Shown: in pieces, positions 19,292 to 29,197 of the stretch | Numbering within the stretch: the first letter of the stretch is position 1 | Layout: every line of letters starts with the position of its first letter | Notes under the pieces: model-generated | Told to the model about the DNA's origin: nothing | Databases searched by the model: none | What the model saw: only the letters and a program-made list of their open reading frames with translations | Made by a program: the position numbers and the translations under genes | Assembly (NCBI GenBank): GCA_963801815.1 | Contig: CAWDGJ010000003.1 | Location: 352,001 to 416,000, forward strand | Reading direction: 5' to 3' | Source: an uncultured Verrucomicrobiae bacterium | GTDB lineage: Bacteria; Verrucomicrobiota; Verrucomicrobiia; Chthoniobacterales; UBA10450 | DNA length: 64,000 bases

Positions 19292-20350
19292 TCAATTGTA
19301 ACGACGCAACTCCGCGACCACCTCGATCTCGGCTGTCTGTGGAAACATGTCGAATGGCGTAACCGATTTGATTTCGAAGCGCGACTGCAAATTCGCCAAA
19401 TCGCGGGCAAGGGTGGAAGGATTGCAGGAAACGTAAATTAGTTTGGCGGGCGCAAGATCGGTAATCGTTTCGCGAACCCGGACACTTAGGCCGGCCGACG
19501 GTGGATCGACAATCACGACGGTTTGGTCCGCATCGAAATTTTGAAGTGCTGTGCGCAGGCCAGCTTCCACATCCCCGGCAATGTAGTTTTCTTTCGTGCT
19601 CGCATTTTCCACGGCTGCGCCAATTGCGAACCGGTCCCAATCGATTCCAACCACGCGCTGGAATTTATTGAGCAATGCTTTGGCAAAAAATCCTGCGCCG
19701 CAAAATGCGTCCACGAGTAAATCTTCATTCGCCGGCACAAGATCGACAATCAAGTCACGGAGTGCGCTTGCGATTCCATCGTTCGTTTGGAAAAAAATAC
19801 GCGGACCGGCCTTCGCGCGAAGCGTGTAATGGCCGTCCGGAACATCGCGGGCGCGCAGGTCCGCGAGTTCGCGATTCACACCGTCCATTGCGATCGGACA
19901 TTTCTCGATGTCGATCAATCGATGCGAATCGCGGCGAAAGTATCCGATGATGGCTTCCTGAGCGTGGACGGTGATGCGATTTCGATATGCGTACTCGAGG
20001 GGCGAGGGGATGATCGCCCGCATCGGGATGTCTTTGAGCTTCCCGATTCGCTGCAGGAGATCGCGGACCTGACGCGATTTGATTTCGAGCTGGTGCGGGT
20101 AGTCGATGTGTTGGTAGGCGCAGCCGCCGCAGCGACCAAAATAAGGACAGGCCGGTTCGACGCGATGCGGCGAATGCTTTCGAAGGTCGATAACCTCACC
20201 TTCGGCAAATTGTCTTTTCTCGCGGATGATTTTCGTCGAAACAAGTTCGCCGTCGATGGTAAATGGAACGAAGACGGCTTTGCCGTTTTCGCGCGCGACA
20301 CCTTTTCCGCCAAAGGCAACGTCTTCGATTTGGAGATCGACAATTCGCAT
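19292..20350 (-). CDS. TRAM-domain RNA (uracil-5)-methyltransferase, RlmD/TrmA family
   Basis: TRAM N-terminus, CPYFGRCGGC Fe-S motif, DAFCGAG, DPP, YVSCNP, DMFPQT. Confidence 0.9.
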   Translation of the reverse strand: MRIVDLQIEDVAFGGKGVARENGKAVFVPFTIDGELVSTKIIREKRQFAEGEVIDLRKHSPHRVEPACPYFGRCGGCAYQHIDYPHQLEIKSRQVRDLLQRIGKLKDIPMRAIIPSPLEYAYRNRITVHAQEAIIGYFRRDSHRLIDIEKCPIAMDGVNRELADLRARDVPDGHYTLRAKAGPRIFFQTNDGIASALRDLIVDLVPANEDLLVDAFCGAGFFAKALLNKFQRVVGIDWDRFAIGAAVENASTKENYIAGDVEAGLRTALQNFDADQTVVIVDPPSAGLSVRVRETITDLAPAKLIYVSCNPSTLARDLANLQSRFEIKSVTPFDMFPQTAEIEVVAELRRYN

Positions 20351-20359
20351 CTGCGACAA

Positions 20360-20496
20360 TAGCCCAGCGTTTCAACGCTGGGCTACAGAATAACTTTAAT
20401 CTGCAAGTCCCGCATGGGACGAAAGAATGTTTCTGCCGTGCCTGTCGGCACTTGACCTCATGGTTCAACAAAGACCCGCCTTGAAAGGCTGGGCTA
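20360..20496. repeat. Composite REP-like palindromic element
   Basis: TAGCCCAGCGTT-TC-AACGCTGGGCTA palindrome at 20360-20385, central AGTCCC..GGGACGAAAGAA/TTCTGCCGTGCC..GGCACT pair, degenerate CCCGCCTTGAAAGGCTGGGCTA end. Confidence 0.7.
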
Positions 20497-20549
20497 CTTT
20501 CATCGAAAATCCGCGAGCCGCCACGCCGAAGCGCGGCGTTAGTGAAGAT

Positions 20550-22577
20550 CTAGTTTTGCTGCGCCGCCATCACTCGATCAATCGCAGCTTCGAGGCTCTC
20601 CATCTTCACCGGCTTGACCAGGTGCTCGGCGAATCCGGCGTCGAAACTTTTCTCGATATCTCCGTTCATGCCGAAACCGCTGATCGCGATACCCGGGATC
20701 TGCGAAATTGCGCGCAGGTAGGTCATGAGTTCGATGCCGGTGCCGTCGGGAAGGGCGATGTCGCTGATGAGTAAATCGAACGAGCTACGGGCGGCGGCTT
20801 CCATTGCGGAGCGAACGTTGTGCGCGGCTGCTACTAAATGGCCGCGTCGTACCAACAATCGCTCGAGGGCCGTACAGGTATCGAGATGATCGTCCACCAG
20901 CAAAATGCGCAGTGGCCGGATTTCCGGTGCGGGCATGGCCACGTGCGCCATTCGCGCCGGCGGCGCAACGGTTTTCATCGTCAATGCAAAAGTGGAACCG
21001 CGATCACGGCCTTCACTTCGAGCAATCAGCGTCCCGCCGTGAGCCTGGGCGAGTGATTTGGAAATGGCGAGGCCGAGTCCGAGACCGCCGTAACGCCGTT
21101 GAAGCGCGCGTTCGCCCTGCTCAAACGGGTCGAAAATTCGCTTCATGGTTTCCGGGTCTATGCCGATGCCAGTATCCTGGATCGTGATCACGATCGTTTG
21201 CGGCTCGGGATTGGTCGTCGAAATCAAGATGTCGCCATTTTCACCGGTGAACTTGATCGCGTTCTTGACCAAATTCCAAATGATCTGCTGAAACTTGGCC
21301 GTGTCCGCCAGGACATAGTGTGCGCCGGCGCGCAAGTTAACGCGAAGATTAAGGCGCCGATCCTGTGCCTCGGCTCGGCACATTTCCGCGACGTTTCCAA
21401 TAATCTCGTGCGCGTCGAGCGAGCCGAAGCGCAGCTGAAGTTTGTCCTTCGCGATACGAGTGAGGTCGAGCAAGTCGTCAATTAACTGACTCTCGAGCTC
21501 GACGTTCCGGCGGATCATCGACAACGAACATTTGGCCAGTTCCGTAGGAGAAGTTTCCGCTTCCAGGGCGTCCAGTGCAGCCATTACCGGTGTAAGCGGC
21601 GTCCGGAGTTCGTGCGAAAGCATCGCCAGGAAATTATCTTTGGTCCGGTTCGCGGCTTCGACTTCTTCCTTTTGCTGCTCGATCCCTGCCTGCGCCCGGT
21701 TGCGTTCCGCAATCGCGGCCGCGATTGCCATTGCGGTAATGGTCAGCGCCGCTGTCCATAATTGCAGCATCAGGAGGGAGCGATTCTCAGTCGCCATTAC
21801 AAAGGGCCCAAAGCCGTGCAGTGTTCCCCAAATCGCAATTGAGGAGAGAATAAAGACTCCGGTGGCAGTTTCGCGCGGTGTGAAGCGAAACGCTGTCCAG
21901 ATCACGATCGGCCCGCAAAGAAACGAGACCGGATAATTTCGTGCCGATATTTGAAGCCAACCACCGAACACCAGTTCAGCGAGAACCAACAGCAGCAGCA
22001 GAAGAACGCTGACCTCGATGACTTCCGCGCGATGCCATTTGCGCTGCGTTGTCGGGATGCTCCAAAGCAAAAGCAACGGTGCGAAGACCAAATCTCCTGA
22101 CGCATCGCCGAGCCACCACGTCGTCCAAATTTGCCCGTAGTTGGACCAGTGAGCGAACCCACCCAGTGCAATACTTGTCACGCCAAGCGACGGACTGACC
22201 GTCGTGCTGATCATCGCGGCGAGTGCAAACTTGAAAACATTTTGCGGCCGGTCGAACACCTGCGTTGCGCCGGCGAATCGATTCACCAGCCACGCACCGC
22301 AGACGGCTTCCAGCGCGTTACCGCTGGCAATTCCAAGCGACGTGAAAAAGTTCCCAGCCGTCGTGATGTTGACCAGGAATGCGCCGATAAAAATCGCTGG
22401 CCAGACGCGATAACCAAAAACGAGCAGCGCGGCGAGCGCAATCCCGGCAGGTGGCCAGACTGGTGATGCGCTGGGATTAACAATTGCCAGCTTCAGAGAA
22501 AGGTAGCCGGCGACAAAATAGATCAGCGTCAGAACGCCGATTGCTGGCAGCGTGGGAATTTTCCTGGGATTCAACAT
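20550..22577 (-). CDS. MASE1-domain hybrid sensor histidine kinase/response regulator
   Basis: SPVWPPAG and WWLGD MASE1 motifs; SHELRTPL; GLGLGL; C-terminal receiver LLISDIALP..LVKP. Confidence 0.93.
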   Translation of the reverse strand: MLNPRKIPTLPAIGVLTLIYFVAGYLSLKLAIVNPSASPVWPPAGIALAALLVFGYRVWPAIFIGAFLVNITTAGNFFTSLGIASGNALEAVCGAWLVNRFAGATQVFDRPQNVFKFALAAMISTTVSPSLGVTSIALGGFAHWSNYGQIWTTWWLGDASGDLVFAPLLLLWSIPTTQRKWHRAEVIEVSVLLLLLLVLAELVFGGWLQISARNYPVSFLCGPIVIWTAFRFTPRETATGVFILSSIAIWGTLHGFGPFVMATENRSLLMLQLWTAALTITAMAIAAAIAERNRAQAGIEQQKEEVEAANRTKDNFLAMLSHELRTPLTPVMAALDALEAETSPTELAKCSLSMIRRNVELESQLIDDLLDLTRIAKDKLQLRFGSLDAHEIIGNVAEMCRAEAQDRRLNLRVNLRAGAHYVLADTAKFQQIIWNLVKNAIKFTGENGDILISTTNPEPQTIVITIQDTGIGIDPETMKRIFDPFEQGERALQRRYGGLGLGLAISKSLAQAHGGTLIARSEGRDRGSTFALTMKTVAPPARMAHVAMPAPEIRPLRILLVDDHLDTCTALERLLVRRGHLVAAAHNVRSAMEAAARSSFDLLISDIALPDGTGIELMTYLRAISQIPGIAISGFGMNGDIEKSFDAGFAEHLVKPVKMESLEAAIDRVMAAQQN

Positions 22578-22667
22578 TAACCCGACCGCCTGTGCGAATC
22601 GCGTTACCTGTTACGCCGCTTGCAGGCGCGGTCAACCGATTTGTGAATAACCGGGGCCGCGCCGCAC

Positions 22668-23075
22668 TCAGTAATCGCGGCAGTACGGATGCTTCGATTC
22701 GTTACCGAGCTCAGGCGGGAATTCCGAATACCCGGCATGAATCCGAGGCACGTCGTTAGGCAAGATCGGACGGTAGCTGTTGTGCCAGAGCGGAAACGGA
22801 AACGTCAAAGTCTCGAGGAGGCCCGTTGCGTGTCGCGCTGTCGAACGGCCGAGTCCACGAACTACTCCGTAGCCGGCGGCGGCCACGTTGCCTTCCGTCG
22901 TGTTCATTTTGCAAACCGAATCCGGCAATTCGGACGACGCGAACAGAAAATTCGAGACACCGCGGCCAAGCTTGCGGGTCGGTCCACAATCGTGGCCGGG
23001 CGGGTCTTGAATATCGGCATTCACGTTTAGTACCAAAGCCATTCCGAACAAGGGGAGAAACAGATGTTTTTTCAT
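22668..23075 (-). CDS. Exosortase system-associated protein, TIGR04073-like
   Basis: Signal peptide from ATG 23075 (MKKHLF); TRKLGRGVSNFL...E; GLLETLTFP. Confidence 0.75.
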   Translation of the reverse strand: MKKHLFLPLFGMALVLNVNADIQDPPGHDCGPTRKLGRGVSNFLFASSELPDSVCKMNTTEGNVAAAGYGVVRGLGRSTARHATGLLETLTFPFPLWHNSYRPILPNDVPRIHAGYSEFPPELGNESKHPYCRDY

Positions 23076-23202
23076 AAGTGTTCCGTTACCTAAACAACTT
23101 ATTCTCGGCGAAGGCAACTTTCGTTCATTCGGTATTCTCCGTACACAGCCCGACTTCCGACCTCCGATCAATGCGCTCCGCCTTGCCAAGCCTTCGATTT
23201 CG

Positions 23203-23922
23203 CTAGCCGTGCGGCGGACCGTAGACATAAAAAAGCACTGAGCGGCTCGCGTCGAACAAGCCGTGCGCGATGATGGCGATCCACAGGTTTCTTCCGGACC
23301 AGAGCACGGTGAGGCCGAGCAAAATTCCGAGTGTCCCGGTGATCAACATTCCGAGTGGATTTTGGTAGGCATGGGACGCGCCGAACAACGCGCCTTGAAT
23401 GATCAATGCCACGCCCCACGCCGCGCGACTGCCGCCGAAAAACATGGCCAGTGCTTGCATGAGAAATCCGCGAAACATAAACTCTTCGTAGAACCCCGCG
23501 CCGATCAGGACGTAAACGACTGCGATAAGAGTGAGCACCAGATTCCCTTGAAGCGTGGCAAACCGGCTGAGGTCGCGATGAAAACCAGCTTTCTCCGAAA
23601 GGTAAATTCCCGCGAACACAACAGCCGCAATCGAAATTCCAATTATCAATGTCCGCGGCCAGCTTTTCGGTCGCCTCAACCCGATGTCAGCCAACCGTTC
23701 ACCCCGCAACCAGATCAAACCGCAGGCGACGACGATTTCCAACAGTTGGACGGTTAATCCAAAGATGTAACCGCCTTCTATCGTCTTCGGTGTGTAAACG
23801 GCTTCCGCGGCGATTTCCAAACCGAACACCACCGCGATGAGAATGACGATGTCGATGAAATATCGGTACCGTCGCGCGGTGCTCGTTTGAAGTTCTTCGA
23901 GTTTGGACTCGTCCTGTGTCAT
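23203..23922 (-). CDS. CPBP (Abi/CAAX) family intramembrane metalloprotease
   Basis: EEFMFRG, FGASH, HGLFD motifs. Confidence 0.9.
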   Translation of the reverse strand: MTQDESKLEELQTSTARRYRYFIDIVILIAVVFGLEIAAEAVYTPKTIEGGYIFGLTVQLLEIVVACGLIWLRGERLADIGLRRPKSWPRTLIIGISIAAVVFAGIYLSEKAGFHRDLSRFATLQGNLVLTLIAVVYVLIGAGFYEEFMFRGFLMQALAMFFGGSRAAWGVALIIQGALFGASHAYQNPLGMLITGTLGILLGLTVLWSGRNLWIAIIAHGLFDASRSVLFYVYGPPHG

Positions 23923-23971
23923 CGCTCAACGTTAGTCGTTGAGCGTGCGACGTGGACAGACTATTTCTGCC

Positions 23972-24033
23972 GACCTGTGACCTGTGATATCTGACCGCTA
24001 ATCTCTGACCTCCGATCTGTGACTTCCGTCTTC
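23972..24033. repeat. Degenerate heptamer tandem repeats (TCTGACC/TGTGACC-like)
   Basis: GACCTGTGACCTGTGATATCTGACCGCTAATCTCTGACCTCCGATCTGTGACTTC. Confidence 0.55.
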
Positions 24034-24037
24034 TAAA

Positions 24038-24403
24038 TCAATGCAGATCTCGCGACCAGCCTGTCAGTTGAAATACGACCAGCACATCCCGGTGATCAAT
24101 CGTGCCGGGTTGAAACTTCCATTTGAGTAGCGTCAGTACGGCGCTGCCATCGAGCTCCCGATGGCCGGTTGTTCGGAGCACTTTTATTTCATCGGCCATT
24201 CCAGTTTTCTTATTGATGACAAGCCGGTAAATGCCCTGGCCTTGGTAACCGAGATGTTCTGATTTCATCGGATACTCCGGGTCCGGTGCCGACAGGGCGT
24301 CTTTCTTATACTGCGCGGGGATTCGCACGATATCAGTCGCGCGAATCGAGCCGACGAAAGCGAACGCGATGAACAATGATAGAATTCCGAGGGATGTTTT
24401 CAT
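24038..24403 (-). CDS. Secreted TonB C-terminal domain protein
   Basis: Signal peptide from ATG 24403; PDPEYP...QGQG...TGHRELD..A..LLKWKFQP. Confidence 0.8.
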   Translation of the reverse strand: MKTSLGILSLFIAFAFVGSIRATDIVRIPAQYKKDALSAPDPEYPMKSEHLGYQGQGIYRLVINKKTGMADEIKVLRTTGHRELDGSAVLTLLKWKFQPGTIDHRDVLVVFQLTGWSRDLH

Positions 24404-24542
24404 ATGTTTGAAAAATCGGGCGATGTTAGTCACCTGGATGTGTCGTGCACAGTCAAAAACTGAAATCAAAATGCAGTGCAGGAATCACTCAGCGGCTGTC
24501 TTTTGCACTCGGTAACCCTAGACCGTTCTTCAACGCCGAAGT

Positions 24543-26939
24543 TCACTTCGCTGACGCGGCTTCTTTCGGCGCGAGGGAAGCGACGATTTGCTCGAAGCGC
24601 GGATCACCGCGGAGCGGGTCCCAGAAGGGCAACAGTTTTAAGGCGCCGTAGCTCAGCGCGATCGACGCGTCGGGAGCACGCAGCCCCGTTTCCAGTTGCT
24701 GCAAAGCTAACTCCTTGTCGCCCGCCCACGCTGCCGTGATGGCGAAATATTGAAGGACTTTACTTCCGTTGTTGACGTCTTTTTCCAGCGGGGTGAGCGC
24801 GATCGCCCGGCGGCCTTCTTCCAAAGCCACCTCTTTATGTCCGAGAGCAGCGTCGATCATCGCGAGCACGCAGAGAGCCGGCCCGTAGTCCTGCTGCGCC
24901 TGCACGATCTTTTCCTGCTGCGTTCGAGCCGCTTCAAAAGCCGTGCCCGCTCGTGCCTCGTCTTTAGTCATCCGCGCCAGTAACCCTTCTCCAAAGCTGT
25001 GGCTCAGAACAATCGCGCTTTCGCCCCAGCTTTGATTGTCGCCCAGCGCGACGAGCGCTCGTTCAGCCGCAGCCGCATCGCGTTCAGCCAGCGCACACTG
25101 GAACCAGACGTCCGCTGCGGGAGCAATGGCGCTCGGCCCTTGCGCGAGGATTGAGTCAATCGTCTGGTGGAGCGGCCGAGTGTCCGCTTTCCAGAAGAAT
25201 TCAAATTGTGCCCGACTCGCCCGCGTTTCGACGTTGTCGGGCACGATCACTAACGCACGATCAAACGCAGCGATCGACTCGGCATAGCGCCCCAGCACTT
25301 GATAACTGACCGCGATCTGTTGCAGAATATCAAAGTTACGCGGGTCAAGCTCCACCGCGCGCTCCAGGTTCTGCAGACCTTCCTCCTGTTGGCCGCGCCG
25401 ACGCAAAATGTAGCCGGTTAGTTCGAAGACGCGCGGATCATTTGGTAAAGCTCGGCGCGCGCGCTCCAACTCATCCAATGCGCCCGCATAGTCGCGCCGC
25501 CCATAATAAAGAAATTGCGCGCGCGCCAAATGCGTTTCGCCAGCATCTGGCCGCAGCCGATCGGCGGCTTGGAGAGCAGCTTCAGCCAGCGCGAGCCGGG
25601 CCCGAGTATGATCAAAGCCGAACACTGCGTAGAGCTGTTCGTGGGCGTAGGCCAGCTGGCAGTAAGCGTCAAAAAATGAGGGATCGCGCTTCACCGCGTC
25701 ATCCAGTAGCTCGATTGTCTTCCGCACGTCTGGCTCGGTAGTCGCGCTGAAAGCTGCCGTGAGGAGAAGTGACTTCGCCCGGCTGTAAAGGTCGAATGCG
25801 GCCAGATCAGTAGTGGGCGGCTGTTCGATCGCTTTCTTCTCGTTAGGTGAAAGCTTGGCCTGCAACTGGTCGGCAATAGCCTTGGCGATCTCGCTTTGAA
25901 TGGCGAACACATCGGCCAGATCGCGATCGTAGGTCTGCGCCCAAAGATGCGCATCATTGCGGGCGTCGATTAACTGCGCGGTCACCCGAATCTTATTGGC
26001 GGCGCGTTGGACGCTCCCTTCCACCACATGCGCGACACCTAACTGCTGTCCGATATCGCGTAGATTCCGCAGCGCGCCGCTCTTGTATTGCATCACGCTC
26101 GTGCGGCTGATCACTTTCAAATCGGCGATCTGCGCCAGATCGCTCAGGATTTGGTCTTGCACGCCATCGGCGAAGTATTCGTTTTGTTTTTCAGCGCTCA
26201 GGTTCTCAAACGGTAGGACGGCGATGCTCTTGTCGAGCACACCCAAGGCCGAGGTAGTCGGGCGGTGGGAAAAGAAAAAGGTGCCGCCGACAATCGCTCC
26301 CAGCACGAGCAGCGCGACTGCAACCGCCGCCCAGCGCACCTGAGCGCGGCGTTTCTTAATTGCCTGAAACTTCTTCGGCGCTGCGACGTTGCCCACTCCA
26401 TCGCCAGACAGATTTACGATACCGACGCGGACGCCATGTTTCACTTCGCACTCGCCCAAGTCATGCAGATAAGCACGCCACCGCGGATACTGTTCCAAGT
26501 CTTCCGCGACATGCCGCGACAGCAGAACGTGACCGGCATCGCCACAATCCATCACGCGCTGCGCGATGTTAATTCCAGCGCCTGCAATGTTGGCCTGCGC
26601 ATTTAGATCCGTGATTTCGTTAACCGGGCCACTGTGAATGCCCATTCGCACCTGAAGTTCGGGATGACGCTTTAGCTCTTTGCTGATCTCCATCGCACAG
26701 AGCACCGGCGCTTCCGGGTTGTTGCGAAAGACGAGAGCCCCACCATCTCCGGTCGGTAGCCGCAGTAACTTGCCTTCGGCTTGAGCCAGCCGGAACTGCT
26801 CCGTTCCCCACACGATCTCTTTTAGCTTCTGGAGTCGCTCGCTCTGCTCGGTGATGAGCAATTTGGAGTAACCGACGATGTCGATAAAAAGGACGTGGCC
26901 GATCTCTAGCCCGATCTCTTTTTTAGCCTCGGCGGACAC
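24543..26939 (-). CDS. Class III cyclase-like domain + TM + TolB-like + TPR protein
   Basis: LFIDIVGYSKL, TGDG, RMGIHSGPV, INIAQRVMD; KSIAVLPFENLS; TPRs; C-terminal DPLRGDPRF. Confidence 0.9.
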   Translation of the reverse strand: MSAEAKKEIGLEIGHVLFIDIVGYSKLLITEQSERLQKLKEIVWGTEQFRLAQAEGKLLRLPTGDGGALVFRNNPEAPVLCAMEISKELKRHPELQVRMGIHSGPVNEITDLNAQANIAGAGINIAQRVMDCGDAGHVLLSRHVAEDLEQYPRWRAYLHDLGECEVKHGVRVGIVNLSGDGVGNVAAPKKFQAIKKRRAQVRWAAVAVALLVLGAIVGGTFFFSHRPTTSALGVLDKSIAVLPFENLSAEKQNEYFADGVQDQILSDLAQIADLKVISRTSVMQYKSGALRNLRDIGQQLGVAHVVEGSVQRAANKIRVTAQLIDARNDAHLWAQTYDRDLADVFAIQSEIAKAIADQLQAKLSPNEKKAIEQPPTTDLAAFDLYSRAKSLLLTAAFSATTEPDVRKTIELLDDAVKRDPSFFDAYCQLAYAHEQLYAVFGFDHTRARLALAEAALQAADRLRPDAGETHLARAQFLYYGRRDYAGALDELERARRALPNDPRVFELTGYILRRRGQQEEGLQNLERAVELDPRNFDILQQIAVSYQVLGRYAESIAAFDRALVIVPDNVETRASRAQFEFFWKADTRPLHQTIDSILAQGPSAIAPAADVWFQCALAERDAAAAERALVALGDNQSWGESAIVLSHSFGEGLLARMTKDEARAGTAFEAARTQQEKIVQAQQDYGPALCVLAMIDAALGHKEVALEEGRRAIALTPLEKDVNNGSKVLQYFAITAAWAGDKELALQQLETGLRAPDASIALSYGALKLLPFWDPLRGDPRFEQIVASLAPKEAASAK

Positions 26940-27083
26940 CTCGTGAAGTTATCTGAAAACAAAGCAATTGATAATTGCGCTTTTGCTTGAGAGTCCAGCT
27001 CAAAACTCGCGCTGCCAGGAGCGCGCCCGAGATCACAATTTGCTCATTCTTATGCAATCGATGTATTCTTTTTCGATTTCTTA

Positions 27084-27155
27084 GTTCCCGTAGTTCAACG
27101 GATAGAACAAGGGTTTCCTAAACCTTAAATGTGGGTTCGATTCCCGCCGGGAACG
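27084..27155 (+). tRNA. tRNA-Arg (anticodon CCT), CCA not encoded
   Basis: GTTCCCG/CGGGAAC acceptor stem, D-arm GTTCAACGGATAGAAC, anticodon loop TTCCTAA, GTGGGTTCGATTCCCGC T-arm. Confidence 0.95.
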
Positions 27156-27442
27156 GTTTGTGTGACGCAGTTCGCATGAGACTCTCCGGGGACGCGCGAT
27201 GCGCACACTTCGATTGATTCGCTTTCTCCCGAAAGCTCACCCTTGCGGGCTTCGTCCATGTCGCTCGACTCCCGTCGGCTCCATTCCCGCCGGGAACGGT
27301 TTGTGTGACCAAGCGCGCGAGAGACACTTTGGGAATTCGTTCGAACGTGGACTTCGATTGATTCGCTTTCTCCCAAAAGCTCACCCTTGCGGGCTTCGTC
27401 CAAGTCGCTCGACTCCCGTCGGCTCCATTCCCGCCGGGAACG
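27140..27442 (+). repeat. Two tandem ~144-bp tRNA-linked repeat units
   Basis: ATTCCCGCCGGGAACG at 27140, 27283 and 27427; ~100 bp near-identical and ~40 bp diverged per unit. Confidence 0.9.
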
Positions 27443-27476
27443 CAGCTCTGTGTAATTAACCTACGCTTGACCGACG

Positions 27477-28601
27477 CTACAGCATCAGGGCCATGAGCTG
27501 GTTGCGGCTGGAGACTTCGAGTTTACGGAAAACGGCATAAAGATGCTTCTTTACCGTCGGCACGCTCAGACATGCCGCGTCGGCGATCTCCTGGTTGCTT
27601 TGTCCATTACAAACCAGGCGCGTGAGTTCCTGCTCGCGCACGGTGAGGCGAGCCAGATGTGGCAAACGCATGATCGATGGCTCTTCGAAACGGCGTGAAT
27701 CCGTGCACTCAATCAGAAAATGAGGGCGCGCCACGGCATCGTTGAGTTGTTTAAGATGAATTGTCGCTCGCAGATCAGGTGATGTCGCATGACACACTTG
27801 TTTCAATTGAAGATTTTCCCAGCGCATGCCAGGGCGTTGGGTCCGCATCCATTCGTGTTTGAGCTGCCGACATTCATTCACAATCTCCACCGGGACCGGT
27901 GACTTAGCATTCACTCGCCGCGCTTCCTTTCCTTTCTCCCAAGTTGCGCAAAATTCGCGCGCGGCCGGATTTTGGAAAAGCAATCTGAGGTTCCAGCGCA
28001 GCAGGATTGTCGGCAGCGGCAATCGTCGCACGAATTCTTCGAGCTCCAGTCGCACCATGCGTTCGCGTTCGAGCGAAAGCAGCCGGCGGAGGGCGATCGA
28101 GAACTGCTGATAAAGCTGGCGCAGTAATCTCCTTTCCATCGCTGAGAGATCGCCCTGTGCCGGTGTGCGCATGATTACCATCGCCGAGATCAGTCGCCGC
28201 TGCTGCCAGAAGAACAGGCAAATCGCGTGCGCGCATTTTTGAGGTGCGATGCATCGGCGATAGACGGGCGATCTTGTAAAAGCGCGTCGATTCGAAAACA
28301 AGTCCGCGATTCGCACGATCTTCTTACGCGGCTGGGCATCGAGAAATTTCTTGAGCGGTTGCGTGACGAAGAAACCAGCCGGCATCGGCAATGTCCATCT
28401 CACGTGCAATGGCATAATCGGGCTGTGTTGCAGGGCCACCCCAAAGATTCGATTCGGAATTACGGCATCGAGCAACGTCCGGACGGACCTACAGAACGAT
28501 TCCATATCCATCGCCGCGTGAAGATCGAGCAGGTATTTTTCGATTGCCGGATCGATTAACAATCCGTCCCTTAATTCGACTGCCAAGTCCGGCCTCATCA
28601 C
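27477..28601 (-). CDS. LuxR-family HTH transcriptional regulator with N-terminal sensor-like domains
   Basis: C-terminal LTVREQELTRLVCNGQSNQEIA..LSVPTVKKHLYAVFRKLEVSSR. Confidence 0.9.
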   Translation of the reverse strand: MMRPDLAVELRDGLLIDPAIEKYLLDLHAAMDMESFCRSVRTLLDAVIPNRIFGVALQHSPIMPLHVRWTLPMPAGFFVTQPLKKFLDAQPRKKIVRIADLFSNRRAFTRSPVYRRCIAPQKCAHAICLFFWQQRRLISAMVIMRTPAQGDLSAMERRLLRQLYQQFSIALRRLLSLERERMVRLELEEFVRRLPLPTILLRWNLRLLFQNPAAREFCATWEKGKEARRVNAKSPVPVEIVNECRQLKHEWMRTQRPGMRWENLQLKQVCHATSPDLRATIHLKQLNDAVARPHFLIECTDSRRFEEPSIMRLPHLARLTVREQELTRLVCNGQSNQEIADAACLSVPTVKKHLYAVFRKLEVSSRNQLMALML

Positions 28602-28752
28602 CCACTACGTTGTCGGCGCGGTGTCCGTTTACCGCCCGAGTTAGGCTGCGCCCGACCGATCAATCGCGAGAACAAAGATCAAACCAAAGTTACCTCGCAA
28701 TCACCTGACAACGCGCAACTGTTCACGTTAGAAAAAGAAAGGAACATCGCAA

Positions 28753-29025
28753 ATGAAACTACAAGTAAATGTGCCGGTAAGCGGTTTGGACCTCGCAGCC
28801 CTGCTGCAGGGTGAAGAAGGGTTCTTCCTCTGCCAAAACAGAGGACAGAACTACATCACGGTGGCCAAGAGCGGTCACTCGATTGCCTTTGGGCCAACGC
28901 CGATCGGACGAATAATCCAGGAGCAACCCTCGCTGAGCGTCGGTCCCGAGCCCTGGTACGTCACCAAGATCAGCAACTCGACTGAGTTTGCTGATTTTCG
29001 CACTACGCGGAGGTCCGTCGAATAG
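28753..29025 (+). CDS. Hypothetical 90-aa protein
   Basis: AAAGGAA RBS before ATG, intergenic position, followed by an intrinsic terminator. Confidence 0.65.
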   Translation: MKLQVNVPVSGLDLAALLQGEEGFFLCQNRGQNYITVAKSGHSIAFGPTPIGRIIQEQPSLSVGPEPWYVTKISNSTEFADFRTTRRSVE

Positions 29026-29066
29026 ACAGGCGCGCTCAACAGAGCGAAAACGGTTAAGAAAAATCG

Positions 29067-29100
29067 AAGCCCTGGTGGGAAAAACTCATCGGGGCTTTTT
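29067..29100 (+). terminator. Intrinsic terminator
   Basis: AAGCCCTGGTGGG-AAAA-ACTCATCGGGGCTT hairpin followed by a T-run. Confidence 0.7.
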
Positions 29101-29163
29101 GTTTTGCGTTACTTCGTGTTCTTCATTTCGAGCACTTTGACGAGAAAAGCCGCGGTTAATTTA

Positions 29164-29191
29164 TTGACTGTTCATTTGAATCATTTAAAAT
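29164..29191 (+). promoter_or_regulatory. Sigma70-type promoter of the TA operon
   Basis: TTGACT-N16-TAAAAT; TTCATTTGAA inverted repeat in the spacer; GTG start 7 nt downstream. Confidence 0.6.
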
Positions 29192-29197
29192 GCTCAA

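Noticed and set aside
27140..27442. CRISPR array interpretation of the tRNA-linked repeats
   Set aside because: The constant part is ~100 bp, there are only two units, the variable parts are homologous to each other, and there are no cas genes.
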